From Oligoflexia bacterium (GTDB taxonomy: Bacteria; Bdellovibrionota; Bdellovibrionia; JABDDW01): a DNA stretch of 64,000 nt. The DNA lies in assembly GCA_020847095.1 (NCBI GenBank), contig JADLCR010000014.1, positions 33,647 through 97,646 on the forward strand. The letters run 5' to 3'. Both the position numbers and the translations under genes were made by a program. Below are positions 1 to 10,900 of the stretch, in pieces. Position 1 is the stretch's first letter; each line of letters starts with the position of its first letter. The notes beneath the pieces are model-generated. The model had not been told where the DNA came from and ran no database searches. It saw nothing but the letters and a program-made list of their open reading frames with translations.

Positions 1-1007
1 GGCTAGGAGCCCTACTACACGACGTAGGTCATGGTCCCCTGAGCCACACCACAGAAGAAGTCATGCCTCCCCTTTCTCAACTAAAACTCAAACTAGATCG
101 CCCCCAAAAGGAGAGAAAGGCAAATCACGAAGACTACACGCTCAAACTCATTTCAGATTCAACACTTACTGAAACTCTTAAGAGCGAGTTTATCGATCTT
201 AAACCCCTTCATGTTTGCGAGTTAGTTGATAAAGATCTGGTTTCCCAAGACGACTTTTTTGTCGACGGAGGCAATGACCTGCGTCCCATTTTATCCCAAA
301 TTGTCAGTAGTGAACTGGATGTCGATCGAATGGATTATCTGGCGCGCGATAGCTACTATTGCGGAGCCTCGTATGGAAAAGTTGACTCTGACTGGCTGAT
401 TGGAAATTTAACTCACTTCAATGAATCCGGTCGGGTTTATCTAGGACTTAACCGACGGGCGCTTTATACCTTTGATGACTTTTTGATCAGCCGCTATCAC
501 ATGTATTTGATGATCTACTTTCACCATAAGAGTGTCATTTACGATGAAATGCTCCAGCGCTACCTTCGCTCTCCGGATTGCGACTTCCACCTGCCCTCGG
601 AAATTGAGAAGTATATTGATTTTGATGACCACCGTCTGTTCAGCCAAATGCGCGAAAGCAAAAATCCTTGGGCTCAGCATATTTCGAGGCGCCAACCTTA
701 TCGGATGCTCTTAGAAATTCATGACGAGGGATCAGAATGCTTAAAAGATGAAGTGTCCGTGCTTAAAAAGGCCGGGATTGATTTGATTCACACAAGTTCA
801 ACCGGACGACTGAGCAAGTACTACAGCACCGGAATTAAACCTCGAGACCCCATTTTTGTAATCGACAAAGACCGCGGCAAAAAAGTTCAAGTATCACCCA
901 TCGAAGATTCGTCAAAAATATTTGCAAAATATGAAAGCTCAAGAAAGATCGAACGTTTGTACGTGAGTCGAGATAATTTTACTCAGGCACAAAGCCTTAT
1001 TGGTTAA
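1..1007 (+). CDS. HD-domain phosphohydrolase (dNTP triphosphohydrolase-like), 5'-truncated at window edge
   Basis: The frame of ORF 63..1007 stays open back to position 3 and translates LGALLHDVGHGPLSHTTEEV (HD motif). Downstream MDYLARDSYYCG is typical of dGTPase/SAMHD1-like HD hydrolases. Confidence 0.7.
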   Translation, partial: LGALLHDVGHGPLSHTTEEVMPPLSQLKLKLDRPQKERKANHEDYTLKLISDSTLTETLKSEFIDLKPLHVCELVDKDLVSQDDFFVDGGNDLRPILSQIVSSELDVDRMDYLARDSYYCGASYGKVDSDWLIGNLTHFNESGRVYLGLNRRALYTFDDFLISRYHMYLMIYFHHKSVIYDEMLQRYLRSPDCDFHLPSEIEKYIDFDDHRLFSQMRESKNPWAQHISRRQPYRMLLEIHDEGSECLKDEVSVLKKAGIDLIHTSSTGRLSKYYSTGIKPRDPIFVIDKDRGKKVQVSPIEDSSKIFAKYESSRKIERLYVSRDNFTQAQSLIG

Positions 1008-2871
1008 TGGAGAGTTTGTTCACCGATTCTAGAAGCCGATCTTTTTCAGCTCTCAGAACTTCGAGTTTGAATTGATTGTAAAGCACATCGGAAATGTAGT
1101 CAGACTCTAAACTCTCAACCGCTCCCCGAGCCTTATCCAATTCAAAGTCAAAGTAAGCCCGAATTCCCTCTACCAACAACACGCGCTTCTGTTCGCGAAG
1201 AGTAAGATCACGGATTCTTTGAATTTCAATTAGTCTCTGCTGAAACACCTGGATTTGCTGATCTTCAGCAACCCTTTGCGCCACCTCCTTGCGCATGTCC
1301 ATTATAGCGGCGACGACTTCGGGATCGTACTTCTGAAGCTCCGATGGTTCATAGCGAATATTCAAATAAGCTCGAGTGACAATATTGTACAAAGCAAACT
1401 GAACGGCCAGTTTGGCCTCCATGATATTGATCCATGTATTTCGGAGCAAATGGTATTCGGTCCTGGTTGACTCGTCGATCATCACAAGCTGTATCGATTT
1501 AACTGCTGGGTGATCAAAGGACTTCATCATCGAAAGCTGCATGGCGATGGCGCTCGGGAGTGCATCAATCAAGGGAGGGACATAAAACCCCGAGTGATTT
1601 TCTAATGCCCGAACCACCATCGTGGCGCAATCATTTACAAATGTAATATTCGTGTAACGCATCGCCACCGCTTCTTCGAGCTGCCTTTTAAGTCGCAAAA
1701 CATTTTCCGGCGGAAGTTCTAGTGTCACCACGTGAACTGACCGAGGAAGCCTTCCCAACCGGTCTGTTAGAGGCTTTGAGGCCTTGACTGAAGACTGTTT
1801 CATTTTACCAGTAAAATGTTGAGGCTCAACTTCCGGTTCAGTTGCAAGCAACCCTCGCAGTTCAAGTTGCTTCTGAATCTCATTAACCATCATGTATTCG
1901 GTGGTTGGAGTTGCGGTCACATGACTAACACCATAAGAATAAACACGATCGCCTATTCTCATGGCCAGGTGTGGAAACGGCACGCTTTCGACAATGATCT
2001 GAACCTGATTGCGCCTAAGAACCTGCGAATGGAGATATTGTTGACCGCTTATCTGTGGCGTCGTGGCCAGATGAACTCCATGATTGGCTGCGGCCAAATA
2101 GGCCGCCAACACAACAGCTCTTGTCGATTGTTGGATAAACTTTCGAAATTTAACCCAACGATTGTGACCTCTTAAAAAGTTTGATCGGTCTTGGTATCTT
2201 TCAAGGACTCCGTAAGATTCCAAAGCCTGCTTCTCGGCCGGCTCTAAGTTTACTGCTGGATCGGACCACTGCTTTTCAAAAATCTTGCTTGTGGACGTTG
2301 CCACCCTGGGTAGAGGCACCGGCGCCAGAAATCTGATTGGGCCATTGAAAATCGCTTTAAAAAGGAGGTTAAGTTTTCCAACCAAAGTTGGCTCGGAAGA
2401 TAACGTCCAACTCGACTCAACGGCCGTCCAATGATGATGGACTTTCTTGGAAATGGCGTAAAGTCCGCTCAAAACCCAGCGCGCCCGAAGGGATGTTTCG
2501 TAAATACCTAATCGCTCTTTGGTAGCAGCAACGGACCGATACTCCAGGGCGGTCAGCGGTCGCTCTGGCTCAGTCACTACCGCTCTAATAACCTCCCAAA
2601 AGTAATCTCGATCAGAAATGAGAAGCGCCTCAGGGCCAGTTTCCATTTGCTTCATTATTTCGCTTAGCTTTGTCATGGCGGCCACATGGGCGTTGATGAG
2701 GGGCCATCGTTTGCTGTGACTTGTCTCAAGCAAAAGACTGTCAGAAGTCGATTGGGCTGATAGGTCTTCAAGTGAGTCCCAACAAGACAACGATCCATGA
2801 GCGATCTGTCCAAAAGTCAAAAACAGACCCAATAGGGAACTAATAATTAGACGATCTAATATTTTTTTCAT
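997..2871 (-). CDS. hypothetical secreted protein (624 aa) with N-terminal signal peptide
   Basis: Long ORF. N-terminus MKKILDRLIISSLLGLFLTFGQIAHG is signal-like. No motif I can assign. Confidence 0.5.
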   Translation of the reverse strand: MKKILDRLIISSLLGLFLTFGQIAHGSLSCWDSLEDLSAQSTSDSLLLETSHSKRWPLINAHVAAMTKLSEIMKQMETGPEALLISDRDYFWEVIRAVVTEPERPLTALEYRSVAATKERLGIYETSLRARWVLSGLYAISKKVHHHWTAVESSWTLSSEPTLVGKLNLLFKAIFNGPIRFLAPVPLPRVATSTSKIFEKQWSDPAVNLEPAEKQALESYGVLERYQDRSNFLRGHNRWVKFRKFIQQSTRAVVLAAYLAAANHGVHLATTPQISGQQYLHSQVLRRNQVQIIVESVPFPHLAMRIGDRVYSYGVSHVTATPTTEYMMVNEIQKQLELRGLLATEPEVEPQHFTGKMKQSSVKASKPLTDRLGRLPRSVHVVTLELPPENVLRLKRQLEEAVAMRYTNITFVNDCATMVVRALENHSGFYVPPLIDALPSAIAMQLSMMKSFDHPAVKSIQLVMIDESTRTEYHLLRNTWINIMEAKLAVQFALYNIVTRAYLNIRYEPSELQKYDPEVVAAIMDMRKEVAQRVAEDQQIQVFQQRLIEIQRIRDLTLREQKRVLLVEGIRAYFDFELDKARGAVESLESDYISDVLYNQFKLEVLRAEKDRLLESVNKLSINQ

Positions 2872-3012
2872 ACCCAGGTAATCTCAAGTACTTAGAACTT
2901 CAATTTATATGCCCACAGACGAATTCACCCCTACTCCATTCGGTATCAAAATTGTAATAAGCCAGGAGTCAACCAATCGTTTTTAAACCCCTGATTTTGA
3001 AGGAGACCCTCG

Positions 3013-4116
3013 ATGTTGAGTCTAAACACTAGAAAATCCCTGGCAGTTATTATGGCCGTAGCTGTTGGTTTTTCGACATCCCTGCCCATTTTCGCACAGG
3101 CCGAGTCCGTAGCCAGTGAAAGCGCCGTTCAAGTTTCAGTTAATGAAACTCAGCGCGCCGCCCTTCGCTTGCTGATTTATAACGCTGTTCTTAGTCGCAA
3201 AGTAGGCGGTGTGGTGGAAATCACCCCCGAGATGAGAGCTAAATATACGCGCGTTAGAATGTCTGTTTACGGCTCACCTTCTTTCTTAGTAGCCGGAGCC
3301 GGTTCGTGGGCCTTAGCTCAAAAGGGTTCTGAAAAAGTAGAATTTATTTGGAGAATCCTAACTAACGTTGTTCGCGTTATCGCTGAATCCATGGAGCGTT
3401 CTTCACGGGTCAGTTGGGATTTTTTCGAAGACATCGCAAAGGCCCTTAAGCTTGATGTTTCTAGTGAAAAATCAGCCGATAGCGTTCGCTGGACTTGGGA
3501 CCATTTGCTAATGCCTATTTTCAATATTTCGATGAACGGCGCCGTCAAATACTGGCTTGGCGCGTCCGCTGTTGGAACCTCGGGATATGCTTCCTATCTC
3601 ATGTATAGCGACCCCCAAGAAGCTTTGAATCATCGCGTGGTGAGAAAGATTCTCGGAAAAGACGCTCAGATGAGAAAGCAAGTTGAATCTATTGCAAATG
3701 AAATGGCAGGAATCTTCTTGTTAAACCCTGACCAGCAGTCGGCTTTCAAATCGGCTCTTAGCGAAGAGATTCTTCGTCAAGCTTTGGCTAAAGGATTTGA
3801 CCCAAAGACTGAGTACCAAGTTGATGTGGTTGAAATTCTTGAATCACGCCAGTTGATCAATTCTGACGTCGCTTCTACGGCGCGCAGTCTCCGCGCCATA
3901 GTTCAAGAAGTTGCAACAAGTCGACCGGCTTCAGAAGTTGGCGCAAGCACAAAAGATCTCTTATCATCGCAACTTGACGCCATTGCGGTTTTGGCCGCTC
4001 AACTAGAAGAGATTCTCGCAACAGGCAAGCTCTCTCGAGAAGATCGAAAAGAAGCTTTGATCTTGCTTGAAGACACAAAGCGAGTTCTCTCTTTAGTGGC
4101 TTCAAACGTAAACTGA
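3013..4116 (+). CDS. hypothetical secreted protein (367 aa)
   Basis: RBS GAAGGAGAC upstream. Signal peptide MLSLNTRKSLAVIMAVAVGFSTSLPIFAQA. Followed by a rho-independent terminator. Confidence 0.5.
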   Translation: MLSLNTRKSLAVIMAVAVGFSTSLPIFAQAESVASESAVQVSVNETQRAALRLLIYNAVLSRKVGGVVEITPEMRAKYTRVRMSVYGSPSFLVAGAGSWALAQKGSEKVEFIWRILTNVVRVIAESMERSSRVSWDFFEDIAKALKLDVSSEKSADSVRWTWDHLLMPIFNISMNGAVKYWLGASAVGTSGYASYLMYSDPQEALNHRVVRKILGKDAQMRKQVESIANEMAGIFLLNPDQQSAFKSALSEEILRQALAKGFDPKTEYQVDVVEILESRQLINSDVASTARSLRAIVQEVATSRPASEVGASTKDLLSSQLDAIAVLAAQLEEILATGKLSREDRKEALILLEDTKRVLSLVASNVN

Positions 4117-4146
4117 ATACGTGAGTTTATTTGACTTGATCCAAAA

Positions 4147-4177
4147 GGCCCCCTCAAAAAGATGGGGGCCTTTTTTT
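4147..4177 (+). terminator. rho-independent terminator
   Basis: GGCCCCC-tcaaaaagat-GGGGGCC hairpin followed by TTTTTTT, 30 nt after the stop of 3013..4116. Confidence 0.65.
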
Positions 4178-4267
4178 GTCTCTTTTTAGTAAAATCTTGT
4201 GTCTAACTGCTCAAACTTTCAATGCTTTAGCCTTTAACGAGGCCTATCTCTTGCAGATTTTGGGAGT

Positions 4268-5089
4268 ATGGTCGTGATGGTGACATTGTTAAAGATTTTC
4301 ATGAGTGCCGCTATCGCCTCGACCAATTGCCTGGACGGCATGTCGCAGCTCCATCCCCGCTCTCAATCTATTTACGAATTGGCTACCTGGAACGGCGCTC
4401 TTGAGGCTGCTCGAAAGGAAATCTCGAGAAGACTAAGAAATCCCGAGGCGGAGTTTGCCCGCCTTCACGCCAAAGCGCCTATGGTTCGTGAAGTTCTTGT
4501 CGATGTGGGACATGACCCTGGGGCAGCCAGCGCAGGAGTTTTTCGCGTCAAAACCAATCACGGAACTATGATCCTTAAAATTGTATTGAGTTCGCCGGAT
4601 CCTGACAAAATAGTCAATAAGCTCACTGTCACGAAATCCCTCGTCATTCAAGATGCCTTAAGTCAATTGTCAGGTTATTCATTGTCTCCTGATGTCTACG
4701 GAGTTCTCACTGAGGTTGAAGTCAAAACAGTTATGGAACGATCTGAGTTATTGAAAGACTATAAAGATCCTCTTGGGCGTACTCCGATCTTTGGCGTCCT
4801 AATGCAAGAAATCCCTAATTCTTGGGCTCCAGTAAGATCGTTTCGCAAACCGTTTGAATGGTCACCGTCGCAGGTGGGCCGAGTCCTTGCGCAGCTTGAA
4901 GCAATAAAAGTCATTCTTGATAAAATAGGCCTCGAAGCTCGAGACCTAAATCCACTCATTGATGCCGACGGGCGTGTCTATCTGATTGATTTTGACGAGG
5001 CGGTTCTACTGGCGGAATCGTTAAGAGCAAAGGTTAAAAACAATATTGAAACGGCGACTCAGCAGATCCTGACTGTCCACGGCCATTAA
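4268..5089 (+). CDS. hypothetical protein with protein-kinase-like / aminoglycoside-phosphotransferase-like motifs
   Basis: GVFRVKTNHGTMILKIV (Gly-loop plus VAIK-like Lys), LNPLIDADGRVYLIDFDEA (catalytic-loop-like and DFD). Small atypical kinase fold is an inference. Confidence 0.4.
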   Translation: MVVMVTLLKIFMSAAIASTNCLDGMSQLHPRSQSIYELATWNGALEAARKEISRRLRNPEAEFARLHAKAPMVREVLVDVGHDPGAASAGVFRVKTNHGTMILKIVLSSPDPDKIVNKLTVTKSLVIQDALSQLSGYSLSPDVYGVLTEVEVKTVMERSELLKDYKDPLGRTPIFGVLMQEIPNSWAPVRSFRKPFEWSPSQVGRVLAQLEAIKVILDKIGLEARDLNPLIDADGRVYLIDFDEAVLLAESLRAKVKNNIETATQQILTVHGH

Positions 5090-5403
5090 GTGCTTTTTAA
5101 GTACTCCGCATAGCCGCCTTCGAGCACGACAACATTCATGTATCCAAGTTTTTCTAGCTCTGTGGCAACCATTCTTGAAAGACTTTCGCCATTGTCATAG
5201 AGCACAATGGGTGTGTCGATTTTCTTAAAGTTTTCTCTGATTTTTTCTATGGCCAGTTCCGATGAAAAGTTAAACGCATTTTTAATATGGCCTTTTTCAA
5301 AATCGTCGCGTGATCGAACATCAATCAAAGCAAACATGACATGAAGCATCGTCATCCGCTTAAGCTTCTGGGCATCAATTGTCATGATTTCAATGGGCGA
5401 CAT
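5086..5403 (-). CDS. rhodanese-domain protein
   Basis: LIDVRSRDDFEKGHIKNAFNF ... VLYDNGESLSRMVATELEKLGYMNVVVLEGGYAEY. The track's upstream extension overlaps the MFS gene, so I chose the internal Met at 5403. Confidence 0.6.
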   Translation of the reverse strand: MSPIEIMTIDAQKLKRMTMLHVMFALIDVRSRDDFEKGHIKNAFNFSSELAIEKIRENFKKIDTPIVLYDNGESLSRMVATELEKLGYMNVVVLEGGYAEYLKST

Positions 5404-6592
5404 GAGACCTTCCCCGACGCTCAGGAATTTTGGTAGCAATTGAGACCACCAATAAAAAACCAATGAGTGAAGCTCCGCCGCCTATGAGATAAGGCGCTTC
5501 AATTCCCCAGTGCTTGAAAAAAAATCCGCCAGAAACAGGCCCTAAAATTCTGGCAAGGCTCCCCACACTTTGAGTGACTCCCAAGACGATTCCCTGGCGA
5601 TTGTCAGAAGACAATAAACTGATGCTGCCTAACAAGGCGGGATTAGTAATGCCCGTTCCAATAGCCACAAAAACCAATACGGCAGCTAAGGTTCCCCAAG
5701 TTGGGCTCCAGGCAACGGCCGAAAATCCAACAGCCGCGATCAGTGGTCCCCAAACCATCATCATCCGCTCTCCTATTCTGGGGATCAGTTTGCGAATTAA
5801 GTAGCCTTGTGTGATAGCCATGATGACGCCGACGAACGCGAATAGCTGCCCTGTTTCGCGAACGCCAAACGAAAAGCGTCGCTCGGAAAATAGGGCCAGA
5901 GTTGATTCTAAATTTGCCAACGAGAAGGTACACAAAAAGTAAACCAGCATTAAGGCGGCAATCTGCGGACTTTCAAAAACTCTCTTTAAAGCCTCGAATC
6001 GCCCAATAAACTCTTTTCGCTCTTCCGCTTTTTCTCCCTTTTTTAGGGTTTCAGGAAGCCAAAACAGTGCCATGACAAAATTAATCAGGCATACAAGGCC
6101 CGCCATGGTCGCAGGAAACCCCATTCCAAAACCCAAAATGCTGAGTTGGGCTCCAAAAAACGGACCGAATATAAACCCTAATCCAAAAGCCGCCCCAACA
6201 ATTCCCATTCCTTTGGCTCGATCTTTTTCTGCTGTTAAGTCGGCAACGCATGCCTGAGCCACGCCAAAATTTGCTGTGAAAATGCCTTGAAAAATACGCG
6301 ATGCGAAAAGCCAACTCAAAGACTGGGCCCATCCGAAAACGAAGTAGCTGATAGAGCTTCCTAGCAAACTCATCAACAGCACCGGCCGGCGCCCAAACCG
6401 ATCGCTCAGGCGACCCCATAGGGGAGCCACGATAAATTGCATGAGTGAAAAGCTTGCCTGAAGCAGTCCCACTTCTAAGGGTGACGCGCCAAAATGCTCG
6501 GCATAAAATGGGCTCAACGGCAAAATCATTCCAAACCCAATGAGGTCGATAAAGACTGTTAGAAAAATGATTGTCATGGGCGAACGTTTCAT
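5390..6592 (-). CDS. MFS transporter (drug-efflux/tetracycline-like)
   Basis: 12-TM-like hydrophobic pattern. MFS motif region GRLSDRFGRRPVLL. The true start may be a few codons in (MTIIFL). Confidence 0.8.
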   Translation of the reverse strand: MKRSPMTIIFLTVFIDLIGFGMILPLSPFYAEHFGASPLEVGLLQASFSLMQFIVAPLWGRLSDRFGRRPVLLMSLLGSSISYFVFGWAQSLSWLFASRIFQGIFTANFGVAQACVADLTAEKDRAKGMGIVGAAFGLGFIFGPFFGAQLSILGFGMGFPATMAGLVCLINFVMALFWLPETLKKGEKAEERKEFIGRFEALKRVFESPQIAALMLVYFLCTFSLANLESTLALFSERRFSFGVRETGQLFAFVGVIMAITQGYLIRKLIPRIGERMMMVWGPLIAAVGFSAVAWSPTWGTLAAVLVFVAIGTGITNPALLGSISLLSSDNRQGIVLGVTQSVGSLARILGPVSGGFFFKHWGIEAPYLIGGGASLIGFLLVVSIATKIPERRGRSHVAH

Positions 6593-6598
6593 GACAGT

Positions 6599-7525
6599 TT
6601 GACCACCTGTTTTAGAAAGGTTTTAGAAGTGAACCAACTGCTTGTGCATGTGGCTCTGATCTCAGTCAGTACACTCTACAGCATCGCCTATCTTGTCAAT
6701 AAATTCGTGATGGATCGCCTGCATCCGGCTGCGGTCGTCTATATTCGAGTATTAGGCGCAGCGGCAATTTTGACTGTCATTTTATTTCCAAAAATTCGAC
6801 GACATTTTCCAACCCGGTCTCAATGGCTTCAAATCACAACCATGTCGATTTTGGGTATAGTGCTCAATCTCATCCTTTTTATGGAGGGGTTGGCTCGAAC
6901 TTCTGCAACGCATGGAGCATTGATTAGTTCAACCATTCCAATAGTTGTACTTAGCTTCGCCAGCTTTCTTGGATACGAAAAACTAAACCCACGCAGAATT
7001 GCAGGAATTGCCCTGAGCATGGCTGGGGTATGGATGACTTTTTGGGCCTCCAAAACTGGCAGCGGCGAAGCCAAACTGTGGGGGGATTTTCTTTGCGTGC
7101 TCAACACGCTCTGCTTCAGCCTTTATTTAACTCTTTCACTAAAAATCAATCGATCCGTTCCACCGATGATCGTTACTTGGGGCATGATGGTTGCGGGCAC
7201 CGTACTTTTAATCCCTTACAGCTATTCAGAATTTGTTTCGATCCCATGGACGAGTTTAACCTGGGTTGACCATGGTGCCTTTGCGTATATCGTGCTGGGA
7301 TCCACTGTTGCGACTTATTTTTTAAACAATTGGGCCCTGTCGAAGGCCGAAAGTAGCTTCGTAGGACTTTATATTTTACTTCAGCCACTTATAACGAGCA
7401 TTTTGGATCGGATCTTTCGGGGGCAGATCTTGACAGGTCTGTCAGTTTGGGCTCTGGTGTTAATAATTCTCGGTGTGGTGATTGGACAAACTTCGAAAAG
7501 GAATAAAAATGGATCTCTCCATTAG
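6599..7525 (+). CDS. EamA/DMT-family transporter
   Basis: Ten-TM-like profile with two EamA-like halves. Divergent from the MFS gene with only 6 bp between the track starts, so one or both starts are probably further in. Confidence 0.7.
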   Translation: MTTCFRKVLEVNQLLVHVALISVSTLYSIAYLVNKFVMDRLHPAAVVYIRVLGAAAILTVILFPKIRRHFPTRSQWLQITTMSILGIVLNLILFMEGLARTSATHGALISSTIPIVVLSFASFLGYEKLNPRRIAGIALSMAGVWMTFWASKTGSGEAKLWGDFLCVLNTLCFSLYLTLSLKINRSVPPMIVTWGMMVAGTVLLIPYSYSEFVSIPWTSLTWVDHGAFAYIVLGSTVATYFLNNWALSKAESSFVGLYILLQPLITSILDRIFRGQILTGLSVWALVLIILGVVIGQTSKRNKNGSLH

Positions 7526-9455
7526 CACCCTTTCAAATGAAAACAGAAAATTTACCCCGTCAACAGCCTTTGCCTCCCAGGCTAACCTCAAAAGTCACGA
7601 ACTCAACCAGCTTTGCGAATTGGCCAAATCTGATTGGGATGGGTTTTGGACAGCGCAAGGTTCAAAACTTAATTGGTCGCGCCCTTTTGAAAAAGTGATT
7701 CAATGGGAAGAGCCTTTTGCAAAGTGGTTCTTGGGCGGAAAACTAAATGCTAGTAGCCAATGCTTAGATAAAAACTTGCCTCAATTGAAGGACAAAACAG
7801 CTCTTATCTGGGAAGGGGAACCCGGAGAAGTTCGAAAGCTAACGTATCAAGAATTGTATCAACTCACTTGCCAGACAGCTCATGCGCTGAAAAATCTCGG
7901 CGTCAAGCGCGGTGATCGGGTTGCCATTTACATGCCCTTGGTTCCGGAAGCCATTGCCGCCATGCTGGCATGCGCTCGGATTGGTGCCGTTCATTCGGTG
8001 GTTTTTGCAGGCTTTAGCGCCGAATCGCTCAAAGAGCGCATCAATGACTCACAATGTGTGGCCGTTATCACGGCCGACGGAGGATACAGAAAAGGGGCGG
8101 TTATCAATCTGAAAGATGCCGTGGACCAAGCGCTCCTCAACACACCCTCGGTCAAGAAAACACTCGTATTAAAACGAACGGGCCAATCTATATCCATGAC
8201 CTCAGGCCGCGATTTTTGGTGGCATGATGTGGTTCATTCAGCATCGCCTGAAATCGCCGCCGAAGACATGGATTCCGAAGATTTGCTCTTTATTTTGTAC
8301 ACCAGCGGCTCGACCGGAAAGCCGAAGGGAATCGTGCACTCCACAGCCGGATTTTGCTTGTGGACCATGCTCACATCCCAATGGGTTTTCGATTTAAAAC
8401 CCCAAGACATTTACTGGTGTACGGCCGACATCGGTTGGATCACGGGGCATAGTTATTTGGTTTACGGACCCCTTCAAAACGGGGCCACCTTGTTTATGTA
8501 CGAAGGAGCTCCCAATCATCCTGATTTTGGGCGATTCTGGAAGATGATTGAAAGCCACAAGATCACCATTCTCTATACGGCACCAACGGCCATTCGAGCG
8601 TTTATGCGGGCCGGAGACGAGTTTGTGAACAAGCACAACTTAAGTTCACTAAGATTACTTGGATCCGTAGGCGAACCGATTAATCCAGAGGCGTGGATTT
8701 GGTACAATAAGAACATCGGAAAGGAAAAGTGTCCCGTGGTGGACACTTGGTGGCAAACCGAAACCGGAGGTATTTTGCTTAGTCCGGTTCCTGGAGTCAC
8801 CGCCACAAAGCCGGGAAGCTGCACCCAACCACTTCCGGGAATCTTTCCGAAAGTTGTCAAAAAAGATGGAACCGCATGCAAACCTAATGAAGGTGGATAT
8901 CTCATTCTCGAAAAGCCCTGGCCTAGTATGACTAGGGGTATTTATGGTGATCCGGAACGATTCAAAAAAACTTACTGGTCTGAGTTTAAAGGAAAGTATT
9001 TTACTGGCGACGGAGCCCGCCAAGATGCCGATGGCTACTTCTGGGTTATCGGGCGCGTCGATGATGTTCTCAATGTATCAGGGCATAGGCTAGGAACAGC
9101 CGAAATCGAAAGCGCGTTGGTCAGTCACCCCATGGTGGCCGAGGCCGCCGTTGTCGGACGCCCCGACGAAATCAAGGGACAAGGAATCGTCGCATTCGTG
9201 ACTCTTAAAGCCCAGTTTTCGGGCCAAGATGTTAGCGCCGAGCTTAAATCCCATGTTGCCAAGGAAATTGGCGCACTGGCCCGTCCCGATGACATTCGCT
9301 TTACCGATGCTCTGCCCAAGACCCGATCTGGAAAAATTATGAGACGCCTTTTGCGTGAACTTGCCTCTCAGGGTAAGATTCAAGGCGATACAACGACGCT
9401 TGAAGATATGAATGTGATTAACAAACTAGCTTCCGCCTATGAAGATGAAGAATAG
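7509..9455 (+). CDS. acs: acetyl-CoA synthetase (AMP-forming)
   Basis: [14 protein letters not shown]-binding motif, WWQTETGG, C-terminal GKIMRR. Length about 650 aa. The track ORF starts at 7482; the internal Met at 7509 fits better. Confidence 0.9.
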   Translation: MDLSISTLSNENRKFTPSTAFASQANLKSHELNQLCELAKSDWDGFWTAQGSKLNWSRPFEKVIQWEEPFAKWFLGGKLNASSQCLDKNLPQLKDKTALIWEGEPGEVRKLTYQELYQLTCQTAHALKNLGVKRGDRVAIYMPLVPEAIAAMLACARIGAVHSVVFAGFSAESLKERINDSQCVAVITADGGYRKGAVINLKDAVDQALLNTPSVKKTLVLKRTGQSISMTSGRDFWWHDVVHSASPEIAAEDMDSEDLLFILYTSGSTGKPKGIVHSTAGFCLWTMLTSQWVFDLKPQDIYWCTADIGWITGHSYLVYGPLQNGATLFMYEGAPNHPDFGRFWKMIESHKITILYTAPTAIRAFMRAGDEFVNKHNLSSLRLLGSVGEPINPEAWIWYNKNIGKEKCPVVDTWWQTETGGILLSPVPGVTATKPGSCTQPLPGIFPKVVKKDGTACKPNEGGYLILEKPWPSMTRGIYGDPERFKKTYWSEFKGKYFTGDGARQDADGYFWVIGRVDDVLNVSGHRLGTAEIESALVSHPMVAEAAVVGRPDEIKGQGIVAFVTLKAQFSGQDVSAELKSHVAKEIGALARPDDIRFTDALPKTRSGKIMRRLLRELASQGKIQGDTTTLEDMNVINKLASAYEDEE

Positions 9456-10449
9456 CTTTTTGATATTTTGGTTTTTGCTGACCGCAACCGGGGCAACCGC
9501 CGGTCCATTGGGTCATCAGTCCGGATCACTGGTTTCAATTTTTGATGTCGGCTACCTCACTTCTACAAAAAATTTTGATGACACAGGTCAAGTCATGGCG
9601 CTCTCGAGATCCAATGAATTTTCACAATGGCGCCTGAGAGGACAAGCCGAATACGACCTCTCTGATCAATGGGGAGTATTTGGAGCCTTCAGCTACAAGC
9701 GAGCCAACGCCTTTGCCACGACGGCCAGCCGCTTCAACAACAACCTTTCTGACTTCTTTTTGGGAACCGACGTCGCCGTTTGGAATGGATGGATTCGCAT
9801 TACGCCTGAGGTCATGATTTCGATTCCGACTTATCCTAAACCGGGTACTGAGGATTCCGCCCTTCTTGGTGATGGGGCTTCCACCATCAGCTTCGCATTG
9901 AATGGCGCTAAAGACTGGGGCGCTTTTGGCCTCAACGGGTATGTTGGCTATCGTGCGCGCAGCGAAGGCTACAGTTCGTCGTGGCTGTTTGGGTTGCAAG
10001 CTCAGTATATGCCCGAAATTCCGCTGTTCGCCTTTTTTGGACTCTATAATGACTGGTCTCTCAATAATGACTCCTACACTTCGGCCAATCGTATAACCCC
10101 TGCATTAAACTATAACGGCGGAAGTCTCATTTATAGTTCGATAAATCCGAGCTTGAACGTCATTGAAGCGGGTGCGGGTTATAAGATTTCAGAGTCTTTT
10201 TTCATAACAGGTTCCATTGAAACCACCATCATGGGAGTGCGGACGGCCCAGTACACTCAATTCTTGGTCGGTGTTGGCTATACTGATCGTAACTTGTACT
10301 CCACGAACTCTCGAGAGGCCGCTCCGGATTTTACTCCATTGGATTCCTTTGAAGAAAAGGCACCTGAAAAAGGGGCCAAGAAGACGTTTGTCCCCAAGGC
10401 TCAGAAGTCCATTCCAAGTCGATTCTTGCCAATCAGACGGTTTTTTTAA
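9439..10449 (+). CDS. outer-membrane beta-barrel protein (hypothetical)
   Basis: Signal peptide. Alternating amphipathic strands. C-terminal ...RRFF aromatic terminus typical of OMPs. Confidence 0.5.
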   Translation: MKMKNSFLIFWFLLTATGATAGPLGHQSGSLVSIFDVGYLTSTKNFDDTGQVMALSRSNEFSQWRLRGQAEYDLSDQWGVFGAFSYKRANAFATTASRFNNNLSDFFLGTDVAVWNGWIRITPEVMISIPTYPKPGTEDSALLGDGASTISFALNGAKDWGAFGLNGYVGYRARSEGYSSSWLFGLQAQYMPEIPLFAFFGLYNDWSLNNDSYTSANRITPALNYNGGSLIYSSINPSLNVIEAGAGYKISESFFITGSIETTIMGVRTAQYTQFLVGVGYTDRNLYSTNSREAAPDFTPLDSFEEKAPEKGAKKTFVPKAQKSIPSRFLPIRRFF

Positions 10450-10753
10450 TGATCTCAATTAACCCTTCAGGGTTTTGATTAAAAATCGTAAGGGTCTTAC
10501 GCCGGCCCGTTAGCCCGTGAGTAATTTCTATGGCCCTCTTGGGAATTCCCAATAGTTTCGCCAACCAAGAAATCAATTCTTCATTGGCCTTTCCGTCTAC
10601 CGGCGGGGCGTGAATCGCGACTTTTAAGGCCCCATCATGGAGTCCCATTATTTGTGTTTTTTTGGCCCCAGGCTTAGCGTAAATATTAATCACCAAACGG
10701 CCTTTGCCAGCCACCATGTAAGAATGCGCTTCTTTACAAATCTTTGAAGTCAT
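10433..10753 (-). CDS. DUF167 (YggU-family) protein
   Basis: VINIYAKPGAKKTQIMGLHDGALKVAIHAPPVDGKANEELISWLAK is the DUF167 signature. Confidence 0.7.
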   Translation of the reverse strand: MTSKICKEAHSYMVAGKGRLVINIYAKPGAKKTQIMGLHDGALKVAIHAPPVDGKANEELISWLAKLLGIPKRAIEITHGLTGRRKTLTIFNQNPEGLIEIIKKTV

Positions 10754-10789
10754 GTTTGATGTATATCAAATTCATTCATAGGAGAGAAT

Positions 10790-10900
10790 ATGGGTCGCGG
10801 AGACAATCGCAAAACTTTGAAAATGAGACGCCGAGTTGCCAAGAAAAAGAAGAAAACAAGAATCCAGCGTCAGATTACCGAAGCCAAAAAGAAGAAGTAA
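10790..10900 (+). CDS. 36-aa highly basic protein, ribosomal protein THX-like (not in ORF track)
   Basis: GGAGAG RBS 4 nt before the ATG. MGRGDNRKTLKMRRRVAKKKKKTRIQRQITEAKKKK resembles bTHX (MGKGDRRTRRGK...). It lies in a different frame from track ORF 10744..10938. Confidence 0.4.
   Translation: MGRGDNRKTLKMRRRVAKKKKKTRIQRQITEAKKKK

Noticed and set aside
441-9383. Numerous 60-130-aa antisense or embedded ORFs (e.g. 441..695, 1255..1470, 5643..5933, 8573..9023, 9090..9383)
   Set aside because: They are fully nested within longer, motif-supported genes, on the opposite strand or out of frame, and have no independent RBS.
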